Below, one piece after another: positions 1 through 13,660 of a DNA stretch of 64,000 bases. The DNA is taken from the NCBI GenBank assembly GCA_964016885.1, contig OZ024741.1, positions 224,130,001-224,194,000 of the forward strand, read 5' to 3'. The stretch comes from Eledone cirrhosa. Lineage: Eukaryota. How positions within the stretch are numbered: position 1 is the first letter of the stretch; each line of letters begins with the position of its first letter. Position numbers and translations under genes: made by a program. The notes beneath the pieces are model-generated. The model was not told the DNA's origin, did no database searches, and saw nothing but the letters and a program-made list of their open reading frames with translations.

Positions 1-1300
<1,300 letters not shown>

Positions 1301-1460
1301 ATATATATATATATATATATATGATATTAATAAATGGAAACTATATTTATAAAACCATATTTATTTCATTATACATATTTCAGGGATACCAAATTAAATT
1401 ATGGTATGTCATGCATGACTTGGCAAACTATTTAGAACACTGGTTTAACCGCTTTACTTC

Positions 1461-1495
1461 CCTCCGAAGAAGAGATATTAACTCGAAAATTAAGG
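1461..1495 (+). ncRNA. Minimal type I hammerhead-like motif (U4C core variant) in a probable PLE pLTR
   Basis: CCT-CCGAAGA-A-GAG(ATATTAA)CTC-GAAA-AT-TA-AGG, then AATAAA at 1503; the segment is bounded by (TA)n. Confidence 0.5.
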
Positions 1496-1680
1496 ACATT
1501 TAAATAAATCTAAGGTAAAAGACAATATCTTTTGTCAACAATATCTTTTGCATTTGCATTCTTTATTCTATGTCCATACCTGCATTGTTTTGGCTTTATT
1601 ATACATATACAAACGTTTATACCTCATTACACAATGCTTCAAGTGAACTATAACCTCCTCTATATATATATATATATATA

Positions 1681-1867
1681 TAATATAGAAATGGCTTCTA
1701 CAGGACTAGAACTATTTCATTCGGGAGTAATCATCAGGAAGCCCGAATGATTTCTCCCAAATGAAATAGTTCTAGTCCTGTAGAAGCCATTTCTATATTA
1801 AATATTTATACTCTGCAATGTATTGAGTACCTTACTGTGATTACCACTGATTGAACTCGGGATAAAC
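1681..1867. mobile_element. Inverted (fold-back) PLE pLTR pair with 3' tail extension, in (TA)n
   Basis: Arms 1681-1734 and 1747-1800 are inverted repeats; the right arm continues ~65 bp into a tail that recurs at 34521-34590. Confidence 0.65.
1693..1743 (-). ncRNA. Type I hammerhead ribozyme motif
   Basis: Minus strand GGCTTC-CTGATGA-TTACTCCCGAAT-GAAA-TAG(TTCTAGTC)CTG-TA-GAAGCC: 6-bp helix I, intact core, GUA cleavage triplet, weak helix II. Confidence 0.6.
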
Positions 1868-1906
1868 ATATATATATATATATATTTATGTATATATATA
1901 TACACA

Positions 1907-2870
1907 CTAGCAGAAGTTCCTGCTATTGCCTGGGTTAAAGAAAATAATGAAATTTCATCCATACTAGGGTATATCTGAAACTTCTAATATAGCTGTTTCT
2001 TGTATATCTTTTAGTTGCAATATGATTTCATACTTTGTTTCTTTATTCCTTTCATATCTTGTCTGTGCTTGGATTTTCATATGATGATGAAATACAGTTG
2101 CAAATATTTTGGTTCTTCTTCTGAAAGTAGCTGAAGTGGTCCAATTGTATTGTAAACTACCCCTTGGATCTTGAAAGTGGGTATAAAGCCACCTTTATGA
2201 ATGACATTTACACCAAATGATGTCATTTGGAATGTATTATTGTACTTCTGGATATTTTGAAGAAAGTATCTTGATTCAGTAGATGTACCAATCAGTTGTA
2301 TCTGTCCGGGGTTCTGGTGGTTCAGGTAATCTTAATTAAACTTAATCTTTCCATTTAAACAGAACAATCCAGTTGATTCACCATTTCATTTTTTAGCACC
2401 ACAATTTGGACAAATTTTGTTCATTGGGGAAATTCGAATTAAAGGTTCTGAGGCATAGTATTGATAGCAACCTTTTAAAATCATAAATCTTCTGTTCTTG
2501 CTCTTTGTTCAGATAACCTTTGAGTTGTTTGAGCTTCGGTTTCTTCATGCCACCTTTGAGCTGCTCTATTTCTCTTCATTTGCAGTCTTGATGATTTTCG
2601 TACATCTGATTCTTCTTGATGAATAGTTGCTTCCATTGTCCTATATTCAGCAATCCTTTTTGATCTTTGTTCTTCTGACTCATTTTGCCTATATTTTACT
2701 GTTGCTTTTCTTTGTTTTTGGAGCCTTTGTTGTCTCTGCTCTTCACTATCATTCTCCTTTTGTAGCTGCTTTGTCATAGCTTTATGAAACTTTCTTCCAA
2801 ATGAAGGTCTATTCTTTGGGGACACTTTTTGCTTGCAGCTTCCAATGTCACTATTATTTATGTAAACATT
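1907..2870 (-). mobile_element. Internally deleted Helitron (N-terminal Rep/helicase region plus 3' end)
   Basis: Minus-strand translation gives ESEEQR..RL (STPR-like) repeats, then MNKICPNCGAK, YFLQNIQKYNNTFQMTSFG and GFIPTFKIQG..PKYLQLYF; terminates AACCCAGGCAATAGCAGG..CTAG at 1907; frameshifted. Confidence 0.85.
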
Positions 2871-4704
2871 TAAAATTTTTCTGTTACTCCGACACTACCA
2901 CCTTACAGGGGGGACTTGATGTTTTTTTTTATCATTGTACCAGCACGACCACTGCACAGGTTGGACTGGGTGTTTTTGATTATAGCATCGATACTACCAC
3001 CTTACAGGGTTAACTGGGTGTTTTTTATTATGGCACCATATAATGATAGATCCAATTTAAAGTAAGAACATTTGTAAGAGGAATGTAGTCAGTTTAATTG
3101 ATCCAGTCCTTGAGCCACACTTATTTTATTGACTCCAGAAGGATAAAACACAACACCCTATCCTGACAGGATTTAAACTTAGAACAATAGAAAGATTTGA
3201 ACTTAAACATTGCAAGGTATTTATTCTATCCAACACATTACCACTTCTGCCACTCCACCACCTTCTATCTAACAATAAATACATTGTATATACAAAATAT
3301 GTAGTGAATAACTGGTTATAGAATCATCATATATTATATTCTAATAGCTTATATAGTAACAGAAACCCATTAGACTGTTTTTAAATATTGAATTAAATTT
3401 AAATAAAAGTGAAACACCCAGAGTATGTTAATATATTTTAAAGTTCTGATGTTCAAATGTCTTCCTGTTCCATACCCATCTAGACTCACTTGATGCATAC
3501 ATCTATTTCTTCCCCAACACACCACTTTCACCCTCCCCTAATCCTCCTCCCTCTTTTCTCCCTCCTCTACCCCCCCCCAAAAAAAAAATTTCTGCCCCTC
3601 CTCCACCTCCTCCATCTTCTCCCCGTCTACCACCTTGCTCCCAGCAGACAACCACACCAAAATACCAATCACTTTGCCCAGTCTTTCATCTTCAGCAGTC
3701 TATCCCCCTGGGACCTCTGTCCCCACCCCTACACTGTCCAATCCCTACCCCCACCGCCACACACACCTCCAGTCAAAACCAAAATAATGTAAACATTAAT
3801 GGAAACATAACTAGAGTATGATGAACCTGTGTCTGCAAAAACAAAATAGTTATTAGAATTTTAGTGAAGAGGGCCTGCCTGAAAGATTGAAACTCACTTC
3901 TCTCTCTGTCTGCTTTTCTCTCTTTGTCTACTTGATTCTCTCTCTCTCTCTTCTATCTATCTATCTCTCACTCTCTCTCCTTTTCTCTCTTATTATGTCT
4001 GTCTGTTTCTCTCACTCAGTCTACCTGTCTGTTTCTCTGCCCCTCTGTCTTGCCTTATTTGTATGTCTACCTGTCTACACCCCCCCCCCCCCCCTCTCAC
4101 CCTCGCTCCTCCTTTCTCTCTCCTCTCTCTCTTTGCAGCACATTTTATAATTCATTTCTAACTTTTCATATTTTATAAACCAAGCAACCATATTTGAAGT
4201 GTTGAAGTAGCAGAATGGTTAGAGCTGTATTTATTCTGGTCAGTTCTTTGGAGTAGCAGAATGGTTAGAGCTGTATTTATTCTGGTCAGTTCTTTGGCTG
4301 AGTTTGAATTCCTCTGAAGTCAACTTGGTATTTCATCCTTCCAGGGTCGATAAAGAAGTGCAATAGAAATGGCAAAATTGTTTGAGCATCTAATGAGAAG
4401 CTTTGCAGTATTTATTCCTGATCTTTCCACTCTGAGTTCAAATCCCACCATGATTCACTGAGATCAGAGGTTCTCAAAGTGGGTGCTACAAAGGGGGTGC
4501 TGAGAAGGCCTAAGGGGGCAGGGGGGGGGGGGTCGGTAGAGATGATATAATAGTATATTAAATATCAAATGATACATATTATATATAAATATAGTGAAAT
4601 ATAAAATATAAAATATTTATTTATACATAGTATATATTATATTATGTAAACGGAAAAAAATGAAATGAAATGAAATTTCCCACTCTTAGTACGGCTGTTA
4701 CTTA

Positions 4705-5153
4705 AATATAAGTATGTATACGTACATGCATATATGTATACAGACGTACAGTAGTATGTATATATATATACATACATGCACACATATATATATATCTACG
4801 TATGGATTCACCGAACATTTATTATAATGCTCGGTGTGTTTCATTTTTTCAGTTTATCGTTTTCGGTACCCCGGCCGATTAACCCACTCGATATGCAAAT
4901 TGGGCTGACGATAGCTAATAAGCTTGAAACTAGTACAGCGTTCTTTTGTCAGTGTTGAACAAATGAGCAACGATGGTTGCTAGACACTGTACGGCTTAAT
5001 TCGGGATGTTTGTTTACAAACACACCGAGCATTATAATAAATGTTCGGTGAATCCATACATACATATATATATGTGTGCATGTATGTATATATATATACA
5101 TACTACTGTTTCGTCTGTATACATATATGTATGTACGTATACATACTTATATT
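4705..5153. repeat. Long internal inverted repeat (~136-bp arms, ~175-bp spacer)
   Basis: 4705-4841 is near-perfectly complementary to 5018-5153. Confidence 0.85.
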
Positions 5154-5162
5154 ATATGTGCA

Positions 5163-5340
5163 TTGGCAGTATCGGTAGAGGGTCGGACGCCATGCTTTCC
5201 AGCATAGTTACGTCCCTTTACGATCTGAGTTCAAATCCCGCCGAGGTTAACTTTGCCTTTCATCCTTACGGGGTCGATAAAATAAAGTACCAGTAATGCA
5301 CTGGGTAATTGCTGGCCTTGTGCCTAAAGTAGAAACAATT
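5163..5340 (+). mobile_element. tRNA-derived SINE family B (the dominant family in the window)
   Basis: TGGCAGTATCGG A box, GAGTTCAAATCC B box, body gcctttcatccttacggggtcgataaaataaagtaccag. Other copies at about 3070-3260(-), 4250-4456, 11535-11752, 11960-12125, 33265-33455, 36655-36830, 36897-37115, 38135-38295(-), 41297-41485(-), 41905-42125(-), 49485-49625(-), 51100-51260(-), 57420-57570, 61200-61540, 61978-62115, 62285-62472(-), 63900-63990(-). Confidence 0.88.
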
Positions 5341-6440
5341 ATTTATTATATATAAATTGATGATTTTATTTATTATATATTATTTACAATTTACGTGTAG
5401 ACAGGTCTCTCTGGAAAGCTGGGGGAGCGCTGATGCTATTACATGGCAGTAAGGAGTGGGGTGAGGGTGGGTGCAATGGTTCAAAAAGTTTGAGAACCTC
5501 TGACTTAGATGGTAGACTTAATCCATTGCCACTATGTGGCTTTGTTGCAACCATTTGGGTTATGCCTCCTTCTTTTCTAAAATAGTAGGCTGTAATTTGA
5601 GCAAGATTTAGCTGTTTTTTTTTCTAGCAGGTTGAATGACCACATAGTGGCAACTTAATGCAGAAAATAGAGAAAGCATTCGGAACTGTTAAATGCCACA
5701 AGCTGAAAAAAAAAATAGTTTACCAATAAGATTGTCATGGCTGGAATTATAAAAAGGATGGGTTGTTGGCTTGTATTGTAGATTTTTTTCCATGGAAGAG
5801 TTCAACTGTGGTAAAGTTAGGCTCATTCTATCTGGTGAAGGTTTTATCATCTGTTTGTTGTCATGGAGACCAGAGTGGATGTGGAGCAGTTTTATTCTGT
5901 TTGTTGTCATGGAGACCAGAGCGGGTGTGGAGCAGTTTTATCATCTGTTTGTTGTCATGGAGACAAGGGTGGGTGTGGGGCAGTTTTGTCATCTGGTTTA
6001 TCATCTGTTTGTTGTCATGGAGATTGGTAACAAGTCAAAGTGTCCGAAAGAAAACTACCATCTTCCTGCCAAAAACTTTTTTTTACCTCCTTCAGTAAGA
6101 GGCCTCATAACTTTTTTTTACCTCCAAGTAAGAGGCCTCATAACTTAACTAACACAGGGCCTCATTTGTCCTAAATCCAGCACTGTATCCAATATATCAT
6201 TTCTATTTTAAGATAATAAGGTGTGAGTTGTTATTTAAATCCAGCTCACACTGATTGAGCAGAATTATGATCAAAGAATTTTTAATAGTTAGGACTTCAT
6301 TACTCATCCTGTATTTTTTTGTTTATCTACAGAGCTGGACTAATCATTAAGCAGAATAACCACATGATTAGAGCATCAAGAGAAGACAGGAACCATTTTA
6401 TTCAAATTTAATAAATTTGTGATTCCACAACAAATTTTTC

Positions 6441-6471
<31 letters not shown>

Positions 6472-6706
6472 ACGATAATCTTTTAAGGGCATGAAAAGAA
6501 TTTAACCTGGCCCTATATATCTAGGATTACCTTGTCCAATGTTATGTCTCTGTTTTAAGACATATGGTGCTTTTTTGGTGAAATTTGAGGGAATCTAGCT
6601 ACTATTTCTATCAGACCGAGCTAGAAATATTTTATGTCTGTTCATAGCCCTTCCTTATCTCTAATGATTTGTTTGTAGAAAATATTTGACTAATATTATT
6701 AGTAGA

Positions 6707-6896
6707 TTAATTTAATAATGTTGGTACTCCTTTATCGTTAGTAATGTTACAGTGATGGTGAGTGGGGAAGTAAAGACATGATTGACCATGTCTTTGTCTT
6801 AAATTTACATTTCTGTTCAAGTGATTTATTTTTCATTATTTAGGCCACTTAATACCTTCGATATATCTCTGAAAAACACCTCTTCCATTTCTCTTC
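6707..6896. repeat. ~190-bp segment duplicated at 11762-11953
   Basis: Near-identical direct copy ~5 kb downstream. Confidence 0.85.
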
Positions 6897-7517
6897 TACT
6901 GTGAATCAACAACTAACATACACACACATACACACACGCACTCAAACAAGCCCCTCCCCCCTCACACACACACACATCTAGAATCTTAGAGTCACCCCCC
7001 CCCCCGCCAAACCCATCTTCTCCTCCTTTCCCCCCTATCTCCTTCTCTCTTTCTCTTCCTCCCACAACACCTCCTTCTATCTCTCTACTTTATTTTCTTC
7101 TTCTTTCCTAACCTAATGGATCTGATTGCCTATTGATGGACATTGATGGATACCTTTGATCAAGAAAGCCTAAGAAATAGAACACTTCCCCTTGTAAATA
7201 TATAGGAAGGATATTTACTTGCCTATCTATTTATGTATCAATATACCTGTATACATTTATATAATTATAAAATACAATATATATAAAGCATAAAATACTT
7301 TATATAAAATATATGAAGTATAAAATACAATTTATACACACACACATATATATATATACTTTTATTTTTTACTTATTTAGTCATTAGAGTGGGGCACCAC
7401 CTTCATTTAATCAATCATATCGACTCCAGTACTTATTTTATCAATCTCTTCTTTATGGTCAAACTGCTATGTTACAGCAGAGACACTGGCGCATACACAC
7501 ACATACACACATATATA

Positions 7518-7570
<53 letters not shown>

Positions 7571-7571
<1 letters not shown>

Positions 7572-8463
7572 CAAAGGAAATGTGGTAAGGAACCAGGTGG
7601 ACCATAACGCACCAAAGTACTCAATACTTAGGGTAGCAGTCCAGAATTAGCCGTCAAAACGGCTTGAGCTCAGCCGTCGGGGTCCTACTCGTTCCTATAT
7701 ATATATTTTGTAGAGGGACTGCCAGGTCAAACTTTGATCTGGTCGGTCTCTCAAAATATTCTACGCCTTTAGGCGAAATAGTTAAACAAAAAAAAAAGTT
7801 TTTTCTTGTTGAAAAGTCAATATTTTTTTTAAATGGCCGAAGCTTCTTCACCAAAATTCGAAGGAGGAAAGGGGAAGATGAACTTACAGCTTCCCCCTGC
7901 CACTGTCACAGTAGCAGAGGTCAAGAAGAAAGGTCAGCCAGAGGAAGAATTATCGAGTTTGGCCATTGCACGATATACCATTATTAATAATTATTAATTA
8001 ATCGTGCAATGCCTGTGCGTGAAGATATTTTTTAAAGTGAGGAAAGATTGTGCACTGAGCCAGTCCCACTCTCTGAGCGACAGTAGCTATCACCCGAAAA
8101 GAAGAAAAGATCAACATCATCGGTAACTACTGAGCTGCAGGTTTTAGATCGGAGTTAACCCAGTTTCCTGAGTTGCCTTCTCCTAGAAGAATACCCTGAC
8201 AAAGGCTAGGGGTCCTTCACTCCCAGTGGTTTAACCGCACGGTACATGTGTATATATATATTTATACAGTTTTGGATGGTCATTGACTCTTATGAGTTCT
8301 TCCGCCCTTTGTCAGGTTTTGTTTTTTGGCCTGCAGGGTGTCCAAAATCACCCTCCTCACCAAGTAAACTTGGTGGGGTTGCCGGTTTAGTAGCCGATGA
8401 CCCAACCATGCGACAGGTTGTACTGGGTTACATGTTACTAGTAGCACTCGAGAGTGACCCGAC
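7571..8463 (-). mobile_element. 5' leader of an RTE-related element followed by a CpG-rich, hairpin-rich extension
   Basis: 8006-8245 and 8270-8463 are homologous to 34070-34490; 7571-8005 contains several hairpins and abuts (TA)n. Confidence 0.6.
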
Positions 8464-8469
8464 ACACAC

Positions 8470-8578
<109 letters not shown>

Positions 8579-8689
8579 CAGGGTGGTTGTTAGAAAAGCG
8601 GAAAATTTGTGAAACTGCAATTTATTTTTACAAAGACTGATGTTACAAACATTACCTTCAAATTTTCTGCTTTTCCAGCGACCACCCTG
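8579..8689. mobile_element. Tc1/mariner-type MITE
   Basis: TIRs CAGGGTGGTTG / CGACCACCCTG inside a TA-rich context. Confidence 0.65.
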
Positions 8690-8704
8690 AATATATATAT
8701 ATAA

Positions 8705-8850
8705 GGTAAACAGAAATAACAAAACAAATAGCACAGTATATGGAAGGAATATATTAGTTTAACACTTGAAATAGCAGGAAAAGGGTCTTAATGCTTTGGA
8801 CGCTAGTCCTTCATCAGAAGAGAAATTAGAAGGATAGAAGGGACGGGTAG
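8705..8850 (-). mobile_element. PLE pLTR remnant with a decayed hammerhead
   Basis: Minus strand CTGATGA-A-GGAC(TAGC)GTCC-AAAG (GAAA lost) at 8786-8820; ends in (TA)n. Confidence 0.45.
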
Positions 8851-9019
8851 GGCAGATATGTTGAACATTTTTTAGAGAAAAATAACAGGTCCATTCATGT
8901 TGCCATCTCTTAGAAAACTGTTGATGCTGGCGTTTGTGTATGTGTATATATATAATTTTTTTTCATCATCATCATTTTTACGTCTGCTTTTCCATACTTA
9001 CATGGGTTGGACAGGTCTT

Positions 9020-10000
9020 TCTCAAAGAAAAGTGCATTTGTAGTACTATTCCCAGGCAGGAAACCAAACTGCATCTCATCTATTTTGACCCTTTCCCAAA
9101 TTAGCTGCGCTGTAACTCTTTCAGTCACTTTCATAACTTTGTCCATTAGTTTTATTCCTCTATAGTTGCTCCTTTCTAGAGCATCACTTTTGCCCTTGCA
9201 CCAGTCATTGGGTATGATTCCGACATGTATTACTTGATTTACTATACAGGTTATTAGTTTGACTCCTACCTCCCCTTGATGATTTTAGCATCTCAGCCTC
9301 TATTTCTGATGGTTCCACAGCTTTACCATTCTTCATCTCCCTGATTGCGTCTTTGACCCTAAAACTGTCAACTTCAATATTTGGTCCTTTCTTTGGGTAA
9401 GTTCGGGCTAGTTTCTCTTTCTCCCATTCATTTTTTACATCATCAGTCTCTCATAGTAGAATCAATGGTGCTAAGTGCGCCAACATCATTTCCAACACAT
9501 TTTTCTCCAACAACATCTTGATTCACCCTAACACACTGCCTTGGAATATGGAACACCATGCCTCTGGTCTTCATGTCTCATGACATTAGCAAATTTACTT
9601 TTTTCAGCCTCTCTCCAAGCTATGTATACCTGTCATCTAACTTTTTTCTTAGCTACTTGATACCGATCTCTTCTACCCCCATTTTTCCAGTCTTTCCATG
9701 CCTGTCTCTTGGTTTTAATGGCTGTATCTACTGTGCTGGTCTACTACCAGGTCACCCTCTGTCTGGCTGGCGCTTTACTCCAGCCACAAGTCTCGCTAGA
9801 AGTTCGTAAAAGGTTGTCACAAAAATTTCCAGTTGTCCTCTACATTGTATGTATCTAGCTTGTGATTCATCTCACTGAGTCCCCCTCCATTTTACTTTTT
9901 GTACACAGCATCCATCTACTCCTCTTCTCTCCAACAGTTCCACAATTTCACCTGATCTGCCTTTCAGGGTACCAACATTGAGGGTGGTAGTCCTGAGATT
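9020..10000 (-). mobile_element. Decayed RTE LINE (AP endonuclease start plus RT region, internally deleted)
   Basis: TLNVGTLKGRSGEIVELLERRGVDGCCVQKVKWRG and MDKVMKVTERV..IDEMQFGFLPGNSTTNALF. Confidence 0.85.
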
Positions 10001-10624
10001 TGTACCTTGATAGTTGTTGTTACTTCTTTGGTTAGAGGTTCTATGTACCTGAAAGGTAAAGTGGTTGAACAATTACTTGATGACAGTCAAGAGGTTCTCC
10101 CACATGGCTACTCTAGCCACCCCACTACCGTGCACAGTACTAACATCTACTCATGTTAGCCCTGTGTTCGCAACTAGTGGAAATAATATTGGTCATGCTT
10201 TTCAGTTTCATAATTTTGGCTGGGTTTTACTGGCTGGATGCCCTTTCTATCACCAGCCACTTTACAGCATGGGCTGGGCAAATTGTTCATGCCACCAGCA
10301 CTAGAGTTGTTGTCTTACCAGACTTAAGAGTCCTCTCCACTCTGTATCAGTTTTTATTTGGAGTGTCTACTCTCCTAGATGGGTAGCATTTACTAAGGCT
10401 TATGGATCCCACATCTGCTACAGGCAGTTGTTTTTACATTGGAGTCACTGCCTTCCTAGATGGGTTGTCTTCACTATCGTTTGTGGAGTCCATGTCTGCT
10501 CCATGCAGTCATTAAACAGTTCACAGAACAGCGAATTGACATTCATGATATAGGAAGATATGTATTGGTGGGTGTAAGTCTTCATGCATACATACATACA
10601 TACATACATACATACATACATACA

Positions 10625-10655
<31 letters not shown>

Positions 10656-10669
10656 GCATGCACGTATGT

Positions 10670-11172
10670 ATGGATAGGATGGAAGAAGATTAGAGAGCTA
10701 CTCCCACTGTTGACAACAGAAGGTTTCTCCCTATGTGCCAAAGGACGACTGTATGATATCTGTGTGTGAAGTATGATGCTGCATGGTAGTTAAACATGGG
10801 CTGTGACTGCAGAAAACATGTGTAGACTGGAGAGAAATGAAGCAGCCATGCTTCGTTGGATGTGCAATGTATATATGTAAAAAACAATAGAGCTTAGATG
10901 AACTAAGGGAGAAGCTGGGTTTAAGAGGAATCCGAGGTGGTGTGCAGGAGAGAAGACTGTGTTGGCCTGGAACTGTGATGGGCATGGATGATGATAGATG
11001 GGTGAAGAAATACTAGGAAATGCCATTGGAAGGAATCCGTAGTAGAGGTAGACCGAGAAAGACCTGGGCAGAGGTCGTGACACTGAGACTCACAGAGGTA
11101 ATGAAGAAGGAACACAGTTAGGGAAGGGATGCAAACATGAAGGAATGGACATAAAAACAACAATGATGATGA
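10670..11172 (+). mobile_element. Decayed RTE LINE 3' end
   Basis: IGWKKIRELLPLLTTEGFSLCAKGRLYD..RLERNEAAMLRWMCNV; (ATG)n tail. Confidence 0.85.
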
Positions 11173-11199
11173 TATATGTATATATATATTCTTGTTAGG

Positions 11200-11392
11200 C
11201 CTCAGTCAATTCCACAACAAGTATACTCTTAATGTAGTTCTCAGGGAGATTCAGTGTGTGACAAGGCTGATCCTTTAAATCACAAGAACGACACACTTTT
11301 GCCAGCTGAGTGGATTGGAGCATTGGGCCTTGCTGAAGGACATAGCAAGCCATCTTACAATCATGAGCTGAATACCCTAGCCCCTAAGCCAC
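11200..11392 (-). mobile_element. SINE family C fragment
   Basis: Homologous to 56735-56990. Confidence 0.55.
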
Positions 11393-11443
11393 ATGTTTTT
11401 TCACACACACACTCTGTCTCTCTCTCACACACACCTCAGAAAA

Positions 11444-11480
11444 TCCCCTGTTGATGGATGTGAAATCCGAAATATAGGGA
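11444..11480 (+). ncRNA. Minimal hammerhead-like motif with an A6U core change
   Basis: TCCC-CTGTTGA-T-GGAT(GTGAA)ATCC-GAAA-TA-TA-GGGA: all helices present, one core mismatch. Confidence 0.5.
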
Positions 11481-13070
11481 CTATTAAATCACTTCCAAGG
11501 TAACTCTATCTCATATTATTTTTTACATTTTTTAGGGTGGTGGATTGGCAGTATCGGTAGAGTATCAGACACCATGCTTTACAGCATAGAGTTACGGCCC
11601 TTTATGATCTGAGTTCAAATCCCGCCAAGGTTAACTTTGCCTCTCATCTTTACGAGGTCATTAAAATAAACTACCAGTCATGCACTGGGGTCTATTTAAT
11701 CGACTTTCCCCCCCAAAAAATTGCTGGCCTTGTGCCTATATAAGAAACCATTATTAGAAGGTTAATTTAATAATGTTGGTACTCCTTTATCGTTAGTAAT
11801 GTTACAGTGATGGTGAGTGGGGAAGTAAAGACATGATTGACCATGCCTTTGTCTTAAATTTCCATTTCTGTTCAAGTGATTTATTTTTTCATTATTTATG
11901 CCACTTAATACCTTCGATATATCTCTGATAAAAACCCTCTTCCATTTCTCTTCCCCTCCCAGAGAGTCGGACGCCATGCTTTCCAGCATAGTTACGTCCC
12001 TTTATGGTCTGAGTTCAAATCCCGTCGAGGTTAACTTTGCCTTTCATCCTTACAGGGTCGATAAAATAAAGTACCAGTAATGTACTGGATAATTGCTGGC
12101 CTTGTGCCTAAAGTAGAAACAATTATTTTTTACACTTTTCCTAGGTTCTTTTACGCTCTCTACGTCTCTTTCTATGCTGCCTCTTACATCTCTCTCTCAT
12201 TACCACCTGATTTTGTTATCTGGAGATTTACCCATCTGCATTGTTGAGGCTTCCAAAACGACTATTTTTAATATATATATACACATACATACATATTCAT
12301 CTCAGTTTTAGTAAAGCATGCCCTCCTTGGTTGAGGACACATTGGTTGATTGAATAGATGTGTCGTTCGTTAATAGATGTGTGTCATTAATGAAAAGATA
12401 TTGTGGCATTAAAAACCTATTAGAAAAAATAAAGCCCCCAATCTCTCCTGGTTTCCATCAGAAAGCTGTCAACTATTTTTTCCAGTAAATGGAGGCTTAT
12501 TGATTTTTGCGATAGTTGATTAGAAGTTATAGCTTTGCTTGATGTATTTTAATAACATCAGAAATGTTTACAATTTACTCAAATTTTTTTTCCTGGCTTA
12601 GGAAAAAATAAAAAAATGCTGTTATTTAATTTATTTATTTATTTATATATTTTTACTAAATGTTATATTGAAGAAATCATTTAATTTTATTCACAAATTC
12701 TACCACGATGTGTATGTTATGTTTTGTTTGTTCATATGTTTGTTTTTGTGATAGGATTTATTTATTAGTCATATCTTTGTTTTTGTTTCTATTTTATGTT
12801 ATATTAGAAAAGTTTAATTTGAAATGTCCACAAAAAAGAAAAGTCCTACAGGCTGTTGTGTGTTTGTCATTATAGGGAGATTGGTAGAAAATATATATAT
12901 ATATATATATCCAAGCCCTGGCTACCTTGAAAATAGTCTGGCACTGACATAGCAACAAATATTACTAATTGATTCAAATCTGATACTCAAATATGATACC
13001 ATGACACCATTGGCCTGAACTCAGTCTTCATATTGTCATTGCTAGATTGTTTGCAGTAACACTCACATAT

Positions 13071-13660
13071 TGGTGGTGGTACTGATGGTGGTAGTGGTGG
13101 TAGTGGAGTTGGTGGTGGAGTTAGTGGTGGTGGTTGTGGTGGTGCTGCTGATGGTGGTGGTGGAGGTGGTGGTGGTGCTGATGGTGGTAGTAGAGGTCTG
13201 GTGCTGCTAGCGGTGGTGGTGGTAGTGGAGGTCTGGTGGTAGTGGTGGTAGTGGAGGTCTGGTGCGGTTAGTGGTGATGTTTGTGGTGGTGGTGGTTGTG
13301 GTGGTGGTGCTGATGGTGGAGCTGGTGGTGTTGATGGTGGTAGTGGAGGTCTGGTGCTGCTAATGGTGGTGGTGGTAGTGGAGGTCTGGTGCTGCTGATG
13401 GTGGTGGTGGAGGTGGTGGTGCTGATGGTGGTAGTGGAGGTCTGATGCTGCTAGTGGTGATGGTGGTGTTGCTAGTGGAGGTCTGGTGTTGCTAGTGGTG
13501 GAGGTCAGGTGCTGCTAGTGGTGGTGGTGGTGGTGGGTCTACTGCTGTTAGTAAGCTAGTAAGTGTGGGTGGGGGTCTGATGCTGCTACTAGTTGTTGGG
13601 GTGGGGGTCTGGTGCTGCTGCTAGTTGTAGGGGTTATGGTGCTGCTAGTGGTTGTGGTCT
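13071..13660. repeat. Degenerate (GGT)n low-complexity tract
   Basis: GGT/GCT triplets with a recurring gtagtggaggtctggtgctgct unit. Confidence 0.9.

Larger units (their letters stand above)
4465..5502. mobile_element. Non-autonomous hAT (Charlie-like) DNA transposon with a nested SINE
   Basis: TIRs CAGAGGTTCTCAAA / TTTGAGAACCTCTG; 8-bp TSD ACTGAGAT (4457-4464) / ACTTAGAT (5503-5510). Confidence 0.8.

Noticed and set aside
1384-1503. Terminal coding exon after tttcag
   Set aside because: No recognisable protein; overlaps a hammerhead-like motif inside a (TA)n-flanked insert
7130-7185. Hammerhead remnant (tgatgga..gaaagcctaaga)
   Set aside because: Too degenerate to support
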